From positions 1 through 43,532 of IMG/VR virus record IMGVR_UViG_3300033127_000097: 43,532 nucleotides of DNA; one strand, 5' to 3'. Positions 25,241 through 34,883 of the stretch are shown piece after piece (positions within the stretch are counted from its first letter, which is position 1; each line of letters starts with the position of its first letter). This DNA is from a virus. The notes beneath the pieces are model-generated. The model was not told where the DNA came from, ran no database searches, and saw nothing but the letters and a program-made list of their open reading frames with translations. The position numbers and the translations under genes are program-made.

Positions 25241-26736
25241 GAGACATTTCAGATGGGCGATTCGGTGGGCTAGTTCCGCTGCAGCGTCTGGATCTGGTCA
25301 ACCAGCAAGTTGAAGTGCAGGAGGCCGAGGCTCAGCCTCCCGATATTCAACTTGAGGACATCGTTGCCGACGACGGTGGGATCAACCTTCCGGGCAGCGA
25401 CGGGCCGGTCAACGTGGAGGACCTAACCGATGAGCAGCTCGCGCAGCTGCAGGCTCTCTCTCAGCAGTTCGACCCGGACGTCATTCGTGCTGCCGGTCGC
25501 GCAAGGGTCTTGCCTGGTCCGGTGCAGGACTTTCTAGGGCTCAGCGATTCATCGAGGCTTGACGACCAGGCTGCGAGGCAGCTTCGGGACATCGCTACTG
25601 CCGAGGGGGAGAGACGCCAACAGGCTGCTGACCTGGCCGAGTTGGAACGTCAGCGTGATCTGCAAACGTACGGGGCTTCGTCCCCTCGCGTGCTCGGCAC
25701 CTCATTGCTTGAGGCGCAGGCGAACGTGTTCAACGCTTCGGCATTGACCGAGATCGACCGTATCCGCTCACGGGCGGAGGACTACTTCTCCACGCAGGAG
25801 CGGACGTTCGTGAACCGGTCCCGTTCTACCGAACGGCTTTTGCGTTCGGCGATCGCCGATACGCAGGCGTTCATGGACGCGAACTTTGGAGAAGGCTTCG
25901 ACCTGACTGACTCCGAGATCGCAGCGTTGCAGCAGGTCTATCGGGAGCGGCTGGATACGGTGCGGGAGCTGCGCACCGAGGCGGTCGATTCGCTTCGCAC
26001 GCTGCAAACTGCTGTGGAGGCAGGCGACTACAGCTTGTTGCCCGAGAACTTGCGACCGACCGAGCAGCAGATCTTTCAGCTCGAGCGGGAGAATCGCATC
26101 CGGGCGCGAGTCGAGAACGAGGTTGCTCCACAACTGCTCGACCTGATGCAGTCGACGTCGCTCGGCGACCGGTTCGTGGTGGAAGCAGTGCGCGCCCATA
26201 TGAATCCGAACATATCGACGACCAGGGCGGACGCTTACGTTGCACGCCTTTTCGGAATCCCCGATGGTCGACTGATCGATCAAGAGGCGAGCGCTGAGCG
26301 GCGACGGCTGATCTTGGAGCGTGCTGAGGCTGAGGGCCGAGAAGTCGATCCGAGCGAGCTGCTGGTGACTGGACCTCCGTTGTTTGACGAGCAGACGCAG
26401 GAGATCATGCATCAGCGGGTGCGTGATCTTGTCGGCTTGGTGATTGATGACGACGTGACGGTGAGCGGGGATGACCGGGTGACGTTCAATTATCTGGGTG
26501 AGGACCTGCTGTTCTTGTTGGACAACTTCGAACTGGGCATGCAGGGCAATTTCGATGAGGTGTTCGAGGAGCGCACTGGAGCGTTCCGTGGCCCGCAGGA
26601 CATTATTGCCAATCAGGCGAACGCTGCGACGGTGCGCAACAGCCCCGTCGACGAGGATGGCAACGCCTTGGTGGGCTTCATTGGGGATGAGGAGGATCTC
26701 ATCGATCCGTTCATAGTGTTGGGAGATTCAGAGTGA
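25237..26736 (+). CDS. Internal virion protein (499 aa)
   Basis: AGGAGGG RBS and ATGA coupling. Position is equivalent to T7 gp15. Confidence 0.6.
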   Translation: MRDISDGRFGGLVPLQRLDLVNQQVEVQEAEAQPPDIQLEDIVADDGGINLPGSDGPVNVEDLTDEQLAQLQALSQQFDPDVIRAAGRARVLPGPVQDFLGLSDSSRLDDQAARQLRDIATAEGERRQQAADLAELERQRDLQTYGASSPRVLGTSLLEAQANVFNASALTEIDRIRSRAEDYFSTQERTFVNRSRSTERLLRSAIADTQAFMDANFGEGFDLTDSEIAALQQVYRERLDTVRELRTEAVDSLRTLQTAVEAGDYSLLPENLRPTEQQIFQLERENRIRARVENEVAPQLLDLMQSTSLGDRFVVEAVRAHMNPNISTTRADAYVARLFGIPDGRLIDQEASAERRRLILERAEAEGREVDPSELLVTGPPLFDEQTQEIMHQRVRDLVGLVIDDDVTVSGDDRVTFNYLGEDLLFLLDNFELGMQGNFDEVFEERTGAFRGPQDIIANQANAATVRNSPVDEDGNALVGFIGDEEDLIDPFIVLGDSE

Positions 26737-29700
26737 CGTTCACTAATCCGAGTGGGGCTGGCGGCACTGGTCTCAGCCGTGACGAGGACACGCAGCGTCA
26801 GATTTCCACGACTCGCAATCGGTTGCGTCGTGTGCTGGGCACTGCAACGTTGAGCGACGCACAGCGTCGCGAGGCTGAAACTGCATTGGAGCGGTTGGAG
26901 GCTTTCGAGCTGGGCAGCGAAGATCCGGCGCGGCTTAACCCGTTCCTTTCGGGGCTGCTGTCAACGGTGGCTGTCCCAAATCAGCTGCTGGGCGGTCTCT
27001 CCGGTGTCGTCAGCGAAACGGTCGACTTCTTTCAGGGTGAGGGCTTCGACTTCGACGACCTGTTCGAGGACGTTACCGGCGTGTCGTCTACCGGACTCGG
27101 CTTCTGGGATCAGGTTGCTGTTGGCGCGCAGTTTGTTTCCCCTTGGGTGTACGTGCCGGGGCAGGGTCAGGGTGGTTGGCGTGGCCGAGACATCAGCTTG
27201 CAGGGGACGTTCGCCGAACCGCTCGAGGGAACGGGGGCGGTTGGTTCTCTGGCCGGGTTTGTCCTCGACGTTGGTCTCGATCCGCTCAACTATCTCGGTG
27301 GCGCTGGGCTTTACGCAAACGCTGCTCGTCGCGGCGCGACACTTACCCGCAATGGTTCGAGACTGATGACCAATTCGGTGAACCGTTCGACGTGGGCGAT
27401 CGAGTTCAACCGTGTGGCGAACACGCTGATCGACGCGGGGGACATCGATGAGGCACGCAAACTGCAGCAGATCGCCCACCGGATCGGCGTCGACGGGATC
27501 CAGGGCTCTCGTCTTACGATGAACGAGGAGCTCCTCGAGGTGTACGAGCAGTACGCCCACTTGGGTCGAACTTTCAAAGTTCCGTTCGGCGAAGCACGCC
27601 AGCTTCCAGAGATCGCTGGCTTCCTTGGCTTGAGCGCTGACATCTTGCCTAACCGCGTACGCCAGCTTTCGCCTCGACGGGTCGGGGAGCGTGTTGGCGG
27701 GCGGTTCATGCGGTTCCGTCAGGACGGCCGACGGTTCGCCAACGCTGCACGTGCAGCGGACGAAGCAGGTGACGTGGAGATCTTCGCCAGGTATCTGGAC
27801 AGTTTCGCTGCGAAGTCACGTTCACGGGCGACTGCCGGCAGGTTTGCTGCGGCGACTCAGGCTGTGCTGCGAGAGCGGCTGCCTGACGTTGAGGTGTCTC
27901 GCCGGGGTCGGCCAACGTTGCGTGGCGAAATCCAGCTGCAGAGGTTGAATCGCCCCGGCTTCGGCACGGCAGTGCGTGACGCTATCGAGGCGGGCGCCGA
28001 CGAGGTGGAGTTCGAAGGCGTGACCGAGTCGATCACTTGGGTCCGCGACATGTTTGGGGAACTGAGGTCGCTCTTGGGGGAGAACGACATTGTTGTGGGC
28101 GAGGTCGAGAACTTTTTCCCTCGCGTCCTTGACGCCGACTTCTTGAAGCAGCAGTCCGACGAGTGGTTGGGGGCGCCGGTTGAGGCGCGTTCGAGGCTGC
28201 GCGAGCAACGCAAGTACGCGCCCGGCATGCCGATCGGGTTTGATCCTCGAGACGGATCAATGCTCGTGCTGCGAGACGGGTCGATCGAAGAGGTCGATGA
28301 GATGTTTCGCATCATGGGCGAGGAGTTCGCTGACCCGTTCGAGGGTCGCCTGATCTCGACGTTGGAATCGTACCTGCGCGGCCTGCAGGGCATGGTCGAG
28401 CGTGAGGCGCTCTACCGCGAACTCGGAGCGGTTGGCGCTTTACGTTCCGCTGATTCGCTGTCGGGCCAGTCGGTGCCTCAGCTCCTGGCGAACACGGCCA
28501 AGCTGCGCATCTTTGAGGGCGCTGAGGTTCAGGCTGTCCTGGCGAAGATCTTGCCTGATGTGCGTCTCGCTGAAGTTTCCCGTATCGGTGCAGGCCCAGT
28601 GCGGGAGACGATCGCCAACCTTCGTGTGCGTCGCATGCAGCTCCGTGAGGAGGCTGTGGGTCGCATCCCGCTGCGCGAGGAGTATCGAGCCCAGTTGAGC
28701 GGCATCAGCAACCAGCGTCGACGCCGAGCGAACCGGGAAACGAAGCGGGTTATCGACGAGTACGGGATTGGCCTGAAGGCATCGAGTTCGCTGCGCGCCC
28801 AAATCGACGAGATCGACTCACTGGCATCTGAGCTGTCGGACGATGCGACCACGCTGACGTCGCGTGAGCGGCTCGCTGGCGAGCGGCAACGTCTGGTCGA
28901 CGAGCTAGCAGAGGTCGACGAGGCGCTCGAGTACTCGGAGCGCTTCGCTCAGGCTGCGCTGAGAGACGCCGACGACGAACTGTTCGACGAGTACTTCGAA
29001 GTCACCACGCAGCTGTCAGAGCTCGAGGGGCTGGATTTGCGCGGGTTGAGCACCCGCGTCATCGATGACATCTCGGGTGATCTGCGCAAGGTGGCGAAAC
29101 TGCCCGGTTCGAGAGCTTCACGTGAGGCTGCTGTGCGCAGCGGGAACTTCCGGACGTCTGTTATGACTGCCCTGTCGAACTCGTCGGTCAGCGAGTTGGT
29201 GACCACGGTGCGGCAGTTGGCCGGCGAGGCCGACTTGTCGCCTCGCGACCTTGAGGTGTTGCGTCCTGTGCTCACGACGTTGGAGACGATGGTCCGGTTC
29301 GATTCGACATCGCTTCGCTCAATGCTCGACGACCCGCAGGGCGCGATGGACATGTTGACGTATCGGTCTCGGCAGATGTTCGATCGCAGTGAGGCGTTGC
29401 GCGCTTCTGCCGTGCGCAACGGCGACAGGGCTAAGGCCGACATGGCGTATCAGGGGCATCGTCTGGCTGAGGCGGCGAACATGATTGTTCGCGAGGCGCT
29501 GCAGTTCAAGCGACAGATCGATGACTTGCCGCTCGACGACCCACGGATTCGTGAGCTCCAAATCCAGTATCAGTCTCGGATGGTGTATGCGCAGGAGGCT
29601 GCGCTGCATTCGGAGCTGGCTTCGATGGGTACCCCGTTCAGCGGTGACCGGTTCCTGAAGTTTGTGGACAACATGACTGAAAGCCAGTGGGACAAGATCG

Positions 29701-31349
29701 CGACGACGATGATGCGTGACGCGTCTGCGCTGTTCAACATTCCTGGCACGGATTTCATGGCGTTTTCGAGCGAGATTGCCGATCTGGCTTCCCTGCGCCC
29801 GAAGATGCATCCGTTGCATGCGACTCGCCCGGTGCAGGTAATGAGGTCGATGCGTTCGTTCTTTGCCCGGCAGGCGCTGCTGACTCCTTCGTTCTCGTGG
29901 CGCAACACGTATTCGGCTGCTCACATGAACTACGTGGTCAGCGGGTTGTGGCGCAAGAGGGACTACGACACCGGTGAACGCATGCTGCGTGCAGTGCGTG
30001 CCGAGGTGTTCGACGGGGACAGCACCCTGATCGACGCACTCCCCGAAATTGAACGTGAGATCGCCCGGCAGGTGTACGAGTTCATCGAGCCTCGGCAGGG
30101 TCGTATCGCTGACCGTCTCGAGAACGTGCGTGGTGTAGGTGGGCGAGACCAATCCCGTGCAGGCGGGGCGTCGTCGATCGCACGCAACGTGTACTTCAAT
30201 CGTCTCGACGATTGGGCTGAGTCCCTCGATCTTGGTTGGGCGAACATCGGTGCCCGGCGCAGGTTCTTCAACGGCGAGCGGATTGCGGCAGACGCATATG
30301 GGACTGAGGAGTTCATGCGGTTCACGCAGGCCAGCCACTCGATGCTGCATAATGGGCTGACTGCTGACTCGGCGTGGGACCTCGTGGTGCGTACACACTT
30401 CGACTACGGCGACCTCGGTGCGACCGACCGGCTGCTGCGCGACACGATGTTCCCGTTCTGGACGTTCATGTCTCGCAACCTGCCATTGCAGATCGAGATG
30501 CTCGCTAAGCGTCCGCAGGCATACAACAACCTGCTGGCGTGGCAGGAGCAGACCTATGCTCGCAACGATGACGGCGGTGTGAAGCCCGACTATCACAGCG
30601 AGACGTTGCACTACACCATCCCTGAGGACGTCTGGCTGCTCCATGGTGACACTCGCGTGCCGTTTCTGGGGCAGATAGGTGCAATCACCCCTGATCTCGC
30701 TGTGAACGACGTGCTGAGGCGTACAGGGGATCTCTCAACGCTGCTCGGACTGGAGAACGGGGCGTCGTTGGCGGATCTTGCCGACCCTGACATCATCACG
30801 TCGGGCAAGTTCTTCAACCTTGGCGGCGTCGATCCGGATGCGCTGGTTACGTTCACGTTGGGTGAGACGTCACCGTGGACAAAGGTTTGGTTCGAGTTGC
30901 GTGGCGACGAGGATCTGTTCAGCGGACGCCGGCTAACCGGCACCGAGATCCCTATAACTGACGAGCTGCCATTCGGCGGCAATTCGGTAACTCAGGTGTT
31001 GGGTGTGGGGCTGGCAGCTATCGGGTGGGCTGAACGTCAACCGGTGGACGCTGCCGGGGCTGACCCTGACGACACTCGCTGGTACTTCGACGCTCACGCC
31101 AACCAGGTGTTGCGGAACTTTATGCCACTCCTGAATCGCGCATCGCGAATCTCGAATGCCGACGAGGCTGACACTGAGGCCGAGCTGGAGCGGCAGCGGC
31201 AGGCTCAGCTTGCGTCGGCTATCAGCTTCATCTTCGGTGGCGTGCGCACCAACCGTAGCAACGAGGACCTGATCGCCGCTTACCAGCTAAGCGACCAGGC
31301 CGCAGCGCTACTTGAGGAGCTCGAGCACCACGACGTTCCTAGGAACTGA
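26733..31349 (+). CDS. Giant internal virion / ejection protein (1538 aa)
   Basis: GTGA-coupled start. It is the last and largest gene of the late block, equivalent in position to T7 gp16. No catalytic motif recognised. Confidence 0.65.
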   Translation: MTFTNPSGAGGTGLSRDEDTQRQISTTRNRLRRVLGTATLSDAQRREAETALERLEAFELGSEDPARLNPFLSGLLSTVAVPNQLLGGLSGVVSETVDFFQGEGFDFDDLFEDVTGVSSTGLGFWDQVAVGAQFVSPWVYVPGQGQGGWRGRDISLQGTFAEPLEGTGAVGSLAGFVLDVGLDPLNYLGGAGLYANAARRGATLTRNGSRLMTNSVNRSTWAIEFNRVANTLIDAGDIDEARKLQQIAHRIGVDGIQGSRLTMNEELLEVYEQYAHLGRTFKVPFGEARQLPEIAGFLGLSADILPNRVRQLSPRRVGERVGGRFMRFRQDGRRFANAARAADEAGDVEIFARYLDSFAAKSRSRATAGRFAAATQAVLRERLPDVEVSRRGRPTLRGEIQLQRLNRPGFGTAVRDAIEAGADEVEFEGVTESITWVRDMFGELRSLLGENDIVVGEVENFFPRVLDADFLKQQSDEWLGAPVEARSRLREQRKYAPGMPIGFDPRDGSMLVLRDGSIEEVDEMFRIMGEEFADPFEGRLISTLESYLRGLQGMVEREALYRELGAVGALRSADSLSGQSVPQLLANTAKLRIFEGAEVQAVLAKILPDVRLAEVSRIGAGPVRETIANLRVRRMQLREEAVGRIPLREEYRAQLSGISNQRRRRANRETKRVIDEYGIGLKASSSLRAQIDEIDSLASELSDDATTLTSRERLAGERQRLVDELAEVDEALEYSERFAQAALRDADDELFDEYFEVTTQLSELEGLDLRGLSTRVIDDISGDLRKVAKLPGSRASREAAVRSGNFRTSVMTALSNSSVSELVTTVRQLAGEADLSPRDLEVLRPVLTTLETMVRFDSTSLRSMLDDPQGAMDMLTYRSRQMFDRSEALRASAVRNGDRAKADMAYQGHRLAEAANMIVREALQFKRQIDDLPLDDPRIRELQIQYQSRMVYAQEAALHSELASMGTPFSGDRFLKFVDNMTESQWDKIATTMMRDASALFNIPGTDFMAFSSEIADLASLRPKMHPLHATRPVQVMRSMRSFFARQALLTPSFSWRNTYSAAHMNYVVSGLWRKRDYDTGERMLRAVRAEVFDGDSTLIDALPEIEREIARQVYEFIEPRQGRIADRLENVRGVGGRDQSRAGGASSIARNVYFNRLDDWAESLDLGWANIGARRRFFNGERIAADAYGTEEFMRFTQASHSMLHNGLTADSAWDLVVRTHFDYGDLGATDRLLRDTMFPFWTFMSRNLPLQIEMLAKRPQAYNNLLAWQEQTYARNDDGGVKPDYHSETLHYTIPEDVWLLHGDTRVPFLGQIGAITPDLAVNDVLRRTGDLSTLLGLENGASLADLADPDIITSGKFFNLGGVDPDALVTFTLGETSPWTKVWFELRGDEDLFSGRRLTGTEIPITDELPFGGNSVTQVLGVGLAAIGWAERQPVDAAGADPDDTRWYFDAHANQVLRNFMPLLNRASRISNADEADTEAELERQRQAQLASAISFIFGGVRTNRSNEDLIAAYQLSDQAAALLEELEHHDVPRN

Positions 31350-31701
31350 CCTTGCGTGGCTTAGGGGTGAGTGCGTCCTGCCAAATTTTCTCAGGTGGAC
31401 GAACGAGTGTAATAGCGCCTGTCCATTCGGGGGCCCACTGATTGACGGTGAACTCGTCTCTGTCGGGATAGTGGAATAGCACGAATGGCTCATCCCGGTC
31501 CCGCATCCAGGTGAGGAACATACGCAGCCATGGTGGCCACGGACTGCCGGCGGCAATAACATCGCAGTCCAGCAACCACTGGTAGGCGAGCAGGACACGC
31601 TTGTACTCCGGCGGCAGCCCCCGACCCGGCCCGACGTCGATGCCACCTTTGGCCATGCGAAACACCTGCGCCGCGTTCGGCATGCTGCCTGTGTAGCTCA
31701 A
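31339..31701 (-). CDS. Hypothetical Trp-rich protein (120 aa), last gene of the leftward operon
   Basis: The TTG start at 31701 overlaps the upstream TGA, with an alternative ATG at 31683. The 3' end overlaps the convergent giant gene by 11 nt. Confidence 0.5.
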   Translation of the reverse strand: MSYTGSMPNAAQVFRMAKGGIDVGPGRGLPPEYKRVLLAYQWLLDCDVIAAGSPWPPWLRMFLTWMRDRDEPFVLFHYPDRDEFTVNQWAPEWTGAITLVRPPEKIWQDALTPKPRKVSS

Positions 31702-33140
31702 CGTCCTGCCAGTCTCGTGAGCACCTTGGCCAAGATGCCAACGATTGCGGTGGGCGTGAAGTCTCTGAGTAGATCGAAGATGATGTCAATCTCGATGGGC
31801 TCGAACTCCTCCTCCGGCTCGTCTGGCTCCTCCGGCTCGTCTGGCTCCAGCATCTTGTCGAGGGATCGGGAGAAGTCAAGGCTGCCGTTGCAATGCATCA
31901 CCCCAAGATGCGAGTCCTCCAGGTTCGAAACCGGGGTGCCGCAGTTCGGGTAGGTGGCGTCGGATACCAGCTGACCATTGGTGCGGCTGACCGCCGCGAC
32001 CACGTCCCCCTTCTCGTGCACGGTCAGCACCTCGAAGAACACGTTCCGATCCCTGTTCATCACGTCATCGCCATCGTTAACGAAGCCCACTTCGATGTCG
32101 GTGCTGTACTCGAGGCCGAACCACGTGAATTTGGAGCCTGCCCGGCGAGCGATCATGCGACGTGCACATGGCTCTCCGTCAACGGCAAGCTCAAGTTCCT
32201 CTGAACCGGTGGCGCCACTAGCTGAGACACTGACGTCCATTGGCCCGTGTCCGCACACGACACCGTTCGGGACGTCGACCGGATACGCGGACTCGCGCAT
32301 TGGGTTCGCATCGTAGACCGCCATGTCGGCGTAGGTCAGTGTCGACTTCGTAGTGGGCTGCCACTCGGCAGTGTTGCCTCCCCAGTAGCTCTGGAAGAGC
32401 AGCGTGTCGATCTGCTGTTCAGCGTTTGGGCCGAGCCAAGCGAAGTCCATGCCGTCGCCATTGAAGAGCCTGCCATCCAAACGCAACACCACGTGGTCGT
32501 CGACCCACGCCTCGAAAAACTGGTTCTCACCCACGCCATAGCCAAGCGTCAAGGTGAACCATTCCCCGAGCGGGACATGCCAGAGACCCTCATCCCCAAT
32601 GCGTCCCATTTCGATGCCGTTGTTACGTCCGTCGTATTGGTACGGGTAAGGGTTGTCGATGCCCTCCTTGCGGAAATTGATCTGCCGTCCGTAACGGAGG
32701 TCGTCACGCACAGCGAGCTCGTAGTCGTAGGCGTACACGCCAATGGTGAAGGCGTCAGCCGGCTCCCAACTCCTACCTGCAGTGTTCACGCCTCGCCACA
32801 TGAGACGTCCGGAGAATCCGAACTCGTCGTGGTTGCCGCCGGTGTGCGGGCCGTTGACCTGACCGTTGCGCCCCGTCGACCCAAGACCCGGCATCTTGCC
32901 GCCCACCGAGTGGGCCTTGAGGTTCTTGCCGAAGTCAAAGTCCTTGGGGAAGAAGCACGAGTACTGCAGCCATAGCTCTTGGTGTCCTTCGGGAAGTGGC
33001 ACTTCGGCGCCTGAGGCGTTGTAGTCGTTGGGGACCGTGGTGTAGGTCATCGTCCCCTCGTCAGAGAAATCCCACTTAGCGAGATCGTTCCAGCGATGAT
33101 CGGGTGCGGGCCCGTTGAATTCGCGAATCGTGTTAGCCAT
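31698..33140 (-). CDS. Polysaccharide lyase (PL14 / Polysacc_lyase-like) with a C-terminal carbohydrate-binding-like module
   Basis: FDFGKN...VGGKMPGLGS...FGFSGRLMWRG...IGVYAYDY resembles the GGKLPGL...FSxRLMWR...Y.Y signature. The C-terminal part contains FVNDGDDVMNRDRNVFFEV, which looks CBM-like. This is followed by a PDEPEEPDEPEEE linker and an amphipathic tail. Strong AAGGAGAG RBS. Confidence 0.6.
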   Translation of the reverse strand: MANTIREFNGPAPDHRWNDLAKWDFSDEGTMTYTTVPNDYNASGAEVPLPEGHQELWLQYSCFFPKDFDFGKNLKAHSVGGKMPGLGSTGRNGQVNGPHTGGNHDEFGFSGRLMWRGVNTAGRSWEPADAFTIGVYAYDYELAVRDDLRYGRQINFRKEGIDNPYPYQYDGRNNGIEMGRIGDEGLWHVPLGEWFTLTLGYGVGENQFFEAWVDDHVVLRLDGRLFNGDGMDFAWLGPNAEQQIDTLLFQSYWGGNTAEWQPTTKSTLTYADMAVYDANPMRESAYPVDVPNGVVCGHGPMDVSVSASGATGSEELELAVDGEPCARRMIARRAGSKFTWFGLEYSTDIEVGFVNDGDDVMNRDRNVFFEVLTVHEKGDVVAAVSRTNGQLVSDATYPNCGTPVSNLEDSHLGVMHCNGSLDFSRSLDKMLEPDEPEEPDEPEEEFEPIEIDIIFDLLRDFTPTAIVGILAKVLTRLAGR

Positions 33141-33414
33141 TTACTCTCTCCTTGACCTTCTCGGTTGCCTGCTTCATGCGGGATTCGACAATCTCATGGC
33201 CGAACGTGACCAGCTCTCTGCCGGTGAACCTGACGGTCACCGCGACTTCGTCGCGATTGACTGGCATCTCCACATGTATGACTCGGTACTTGTTGAGGCT
33301 GTCCATGATCGTGTGACGGAGCGTCTTCAAGGTGTCTGCTACAGCCTCCTCCCATTCACCTTCGGGAGTGTTCCGCAGCCTCTCTTCAAGGACTTTGAAA
33401 TCGATCTCAATCAT
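33133..33414 (-). CDS. Hypothetical protein (93 aa)
   Basis: The internal ATG at 33414 overlaps the upstream stop by 8 nt. Confidence 0.5.
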   Translation of the reverse strand: MIEIDFKVLEERLRNTPEGEWEEAVADTLKTLRHTIMDSLNKYRVIHVEMPVNRDEVAVTVRFTGRELVTFGHEIVESRMKQATEKVKERVNG

Positions 33415-33706
33415 GCTTCTCGGCCCCCTCAGCTGTGTCTGGGATCTCCTCGGTGAACACCATCTCCAAATAGGCAGCAACGTCTTCGCCGCTCATGCCC
33501 ATGTCTCGGCACAGCTTGGTGAGCATGACCTCTACGACCTCGAGTCGCACCATGAGCTCGCCGACAGCATGCGTCAGCTGTTCCTTTGGTGAAGAGCCGA
33601 TCATGCGCTTGTCGGCAATCTGCTTCATGAAGGCTTCTCGGTCGAGCTCGCCCGGTTCAAGCGGGCGCATCTTGCCGAGGTCGGGAATGTTCATTGGCCC
33701 AGTCAT
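33407..33706 (-). CDS. Hypothetical protein (99 aa)
   Basis: ATG with an AAAGGA RBS. Confidence 0.55.
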   Translation of the reverse strand: MTGPMNIPDLGKMRPLEPGELDREAFMKQIADKRMIGSSPKEQLTHAVGELMVRLEVVEVMLTKLCRDMGMSGEDVAAYLEMVFTEEIPDTAEGAEKHD

Positions 33707-33717
33707 GGGTTCCTTTC

Positions 33718-34068
33718 TCAGAACAGTGGGTTAACCCACCGGTACTTCGTGCCACACGGCATGAGTTCGTAGAAGCCATCGAAGGTTTTCGATAGCCAGA
33801 TGTCAGGGAGCGGGCCGAGGTCCTCGCCAGCGATCTTCTGACCGTTGACTTTGCGGTCGCTGAATTTGCGACGGACGACGCATTTGGCCCACGGTCCCCC
33901 GATCATCATTGCCCCATCGGTGGGCTGGCATCCGACCCGCCTGCGGGAGGTTGCGTGGTACTCTTCGCGCCATCGTGTGCGGCCAGGAATTCCAGAAACC
34001 GTCACAGTCTTCCCCGTCGATACGTCGAATAGTCGATTCGTCGTAGGGCAATACCGAAGGGTCAGCAT
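33718..34068 (-). CDS. Hypothetical protein (116 aa)
   Basis: GAGGAG lies 10 nt upstream of ATG 34068. Third-position GC is 16/20 in this frame at 33901-33960. See the finding on the frame ambiguity at its 5' side. Confidence 0.45.
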   Translation of the reverse strand: MLTLRYCPTTNRLFDVSTGKTVTVSGIPGRTRWREEYHATSRRRVGCQPTDGAMMIGGPWAKCVVRRKFSDRKVNGQKIAGEDLGPLPDIWLSKTFDGFYELMPCGTKYRWVNPLF

Positions 34069-34140
34069 CGGCAGCGTTCTCCTCGTCGTCCGAGCCGATC
34101 AGCCAATAGGCGATCAGCATTGCGGGAACCGCTAGCCACT

Positions 34141-34281
34141 TCACAAGGTTCGCCACAGGTAGACAGCAATGAGTAGCCATATGGCGATGCTCGCTGCGCT
34201 CATCACGACAACCAGAGCGCGTTGAATCCGCTCAATCTGCCTTGTCCGACGTCGCAGTTCTTCCCACGGATCTTCTGGCAT
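34141..34281 (-). CDS. Small single-pass membrane protein (46 aa, absent from the ORF track)
   Basis: GGAG RBS then ATG at 34281. Peptide MPEDPWEELRRRTRQIERIQRALVVVMSAASIAIWLLIAVYLWRTL. Confidence 0.45.
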   Translation of the reverse strand: MPEDPWEELRRRTRQIERIQRALVVVMSAASIAIWLLIAVYLWRTL

Positions 34282-34289
34282 TTCTGCTC

Positions 34290-34883
34290 CTACCTGTTTC
34301 TCCAGCATGTCCATGCTCCGAGCCCTTGCTCGGCTTCGACGATTGCTGACTGTGCTCCATTTAATACCGGGTTGGTGATCCAGTCGTCAAATTCCAGCCC
34401 AAACGTCGCATTGAATGTCGATCTCCACGATGGCCGATGGACCTGTGCTCGCCCCCAACTGTGGCCAAGTGTTCGATCGCCGTGTGCCTCATGCGGTTCG
34501 GCAACACCTCCGCTCTCGCACGGCAAGATCACCGTCGCGAACGCTGCCTCATTGGTGCCACCCATTGCCCGGTAGCCGGCGAACCACAGCTCATCCAACT
34601 GTGTCAACGTCAACTGCTCATCCTGCAGCCGCTCCTCGAGGCGGTCGATGATCCGGTTCTTCGCATAGTTGCGCCTCGCCAGCGTGTCCTTCCAGGCACG
34701 CAGCTTGTCACGCTGCTCGGTCACCAACTCGAGGCGAGCAGTGAGTGCGGTGACCTGTGCTTCAAGTTCAGCATCTCGAACCTCCCGCACGATCACCTCG
34801 TGCTCCACCGGTGCAGGAGCCGACATCACGGCCACACTCAGCGCCAAACTCAACGCCCCCACGATTCCACTCAGTCTTCCCAT
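34290..34883 (-). CDS. Secreted Rpf-like transglycosylase with signal peptide and coiled coil (197 aa)
   Basis: The GGAGG RBS sets the start at 34883. Signal-like N-terminus MGRLSGIVGALSLALSVAVMSAPAP, followed by a coiled coil. The C-terminal CESGG...SWGRAQV...SW...GLGAWTCW resembles the transglycosylase-like (Rpf) domain. Confidence 0.6.
   Translation of the reverse strand: MGRLSGIVGALSLALSVAVMSAPAPVEHEVIVREVRDAELEAQVTALTARLELVTEQRDKLRAWKDTLARRNYAKNRIIDRLEERLQDEQLTLTQLDELWFAGYRAMGGTNEAAFATVILPCESGGVAEPHEAHGDRTLGHSWGRAQVHRPSWRSTFNATFGLEFDDWITNPVLNGAQSAIVEAEQGLGAWTCWRNR

Noticed and set aside
29319-30644. 441-aa antisense ORF inside the 1538-aa gene, and similar long antisense ORFs (11245..12282, 14900..15718, 16933..17889, 25768..26412)
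   Set aside because: These are typical high-GC antisense open frames with Arg/His/Leu-rich products. They have no RBS or coupling and lie fully inside well-supported plus-strand genes.
26733-31349. The 1538-aa protein as a virion RNA polymerase (N4-like) or the missing DNA polymerase
   Set aside because: I could not find polymerase motif sets (DxxGR-type or palm-domain Asp pairs in the expected context) by eye. Its position matches T7 gp16-type ejection proteins. This still needs a profile search.
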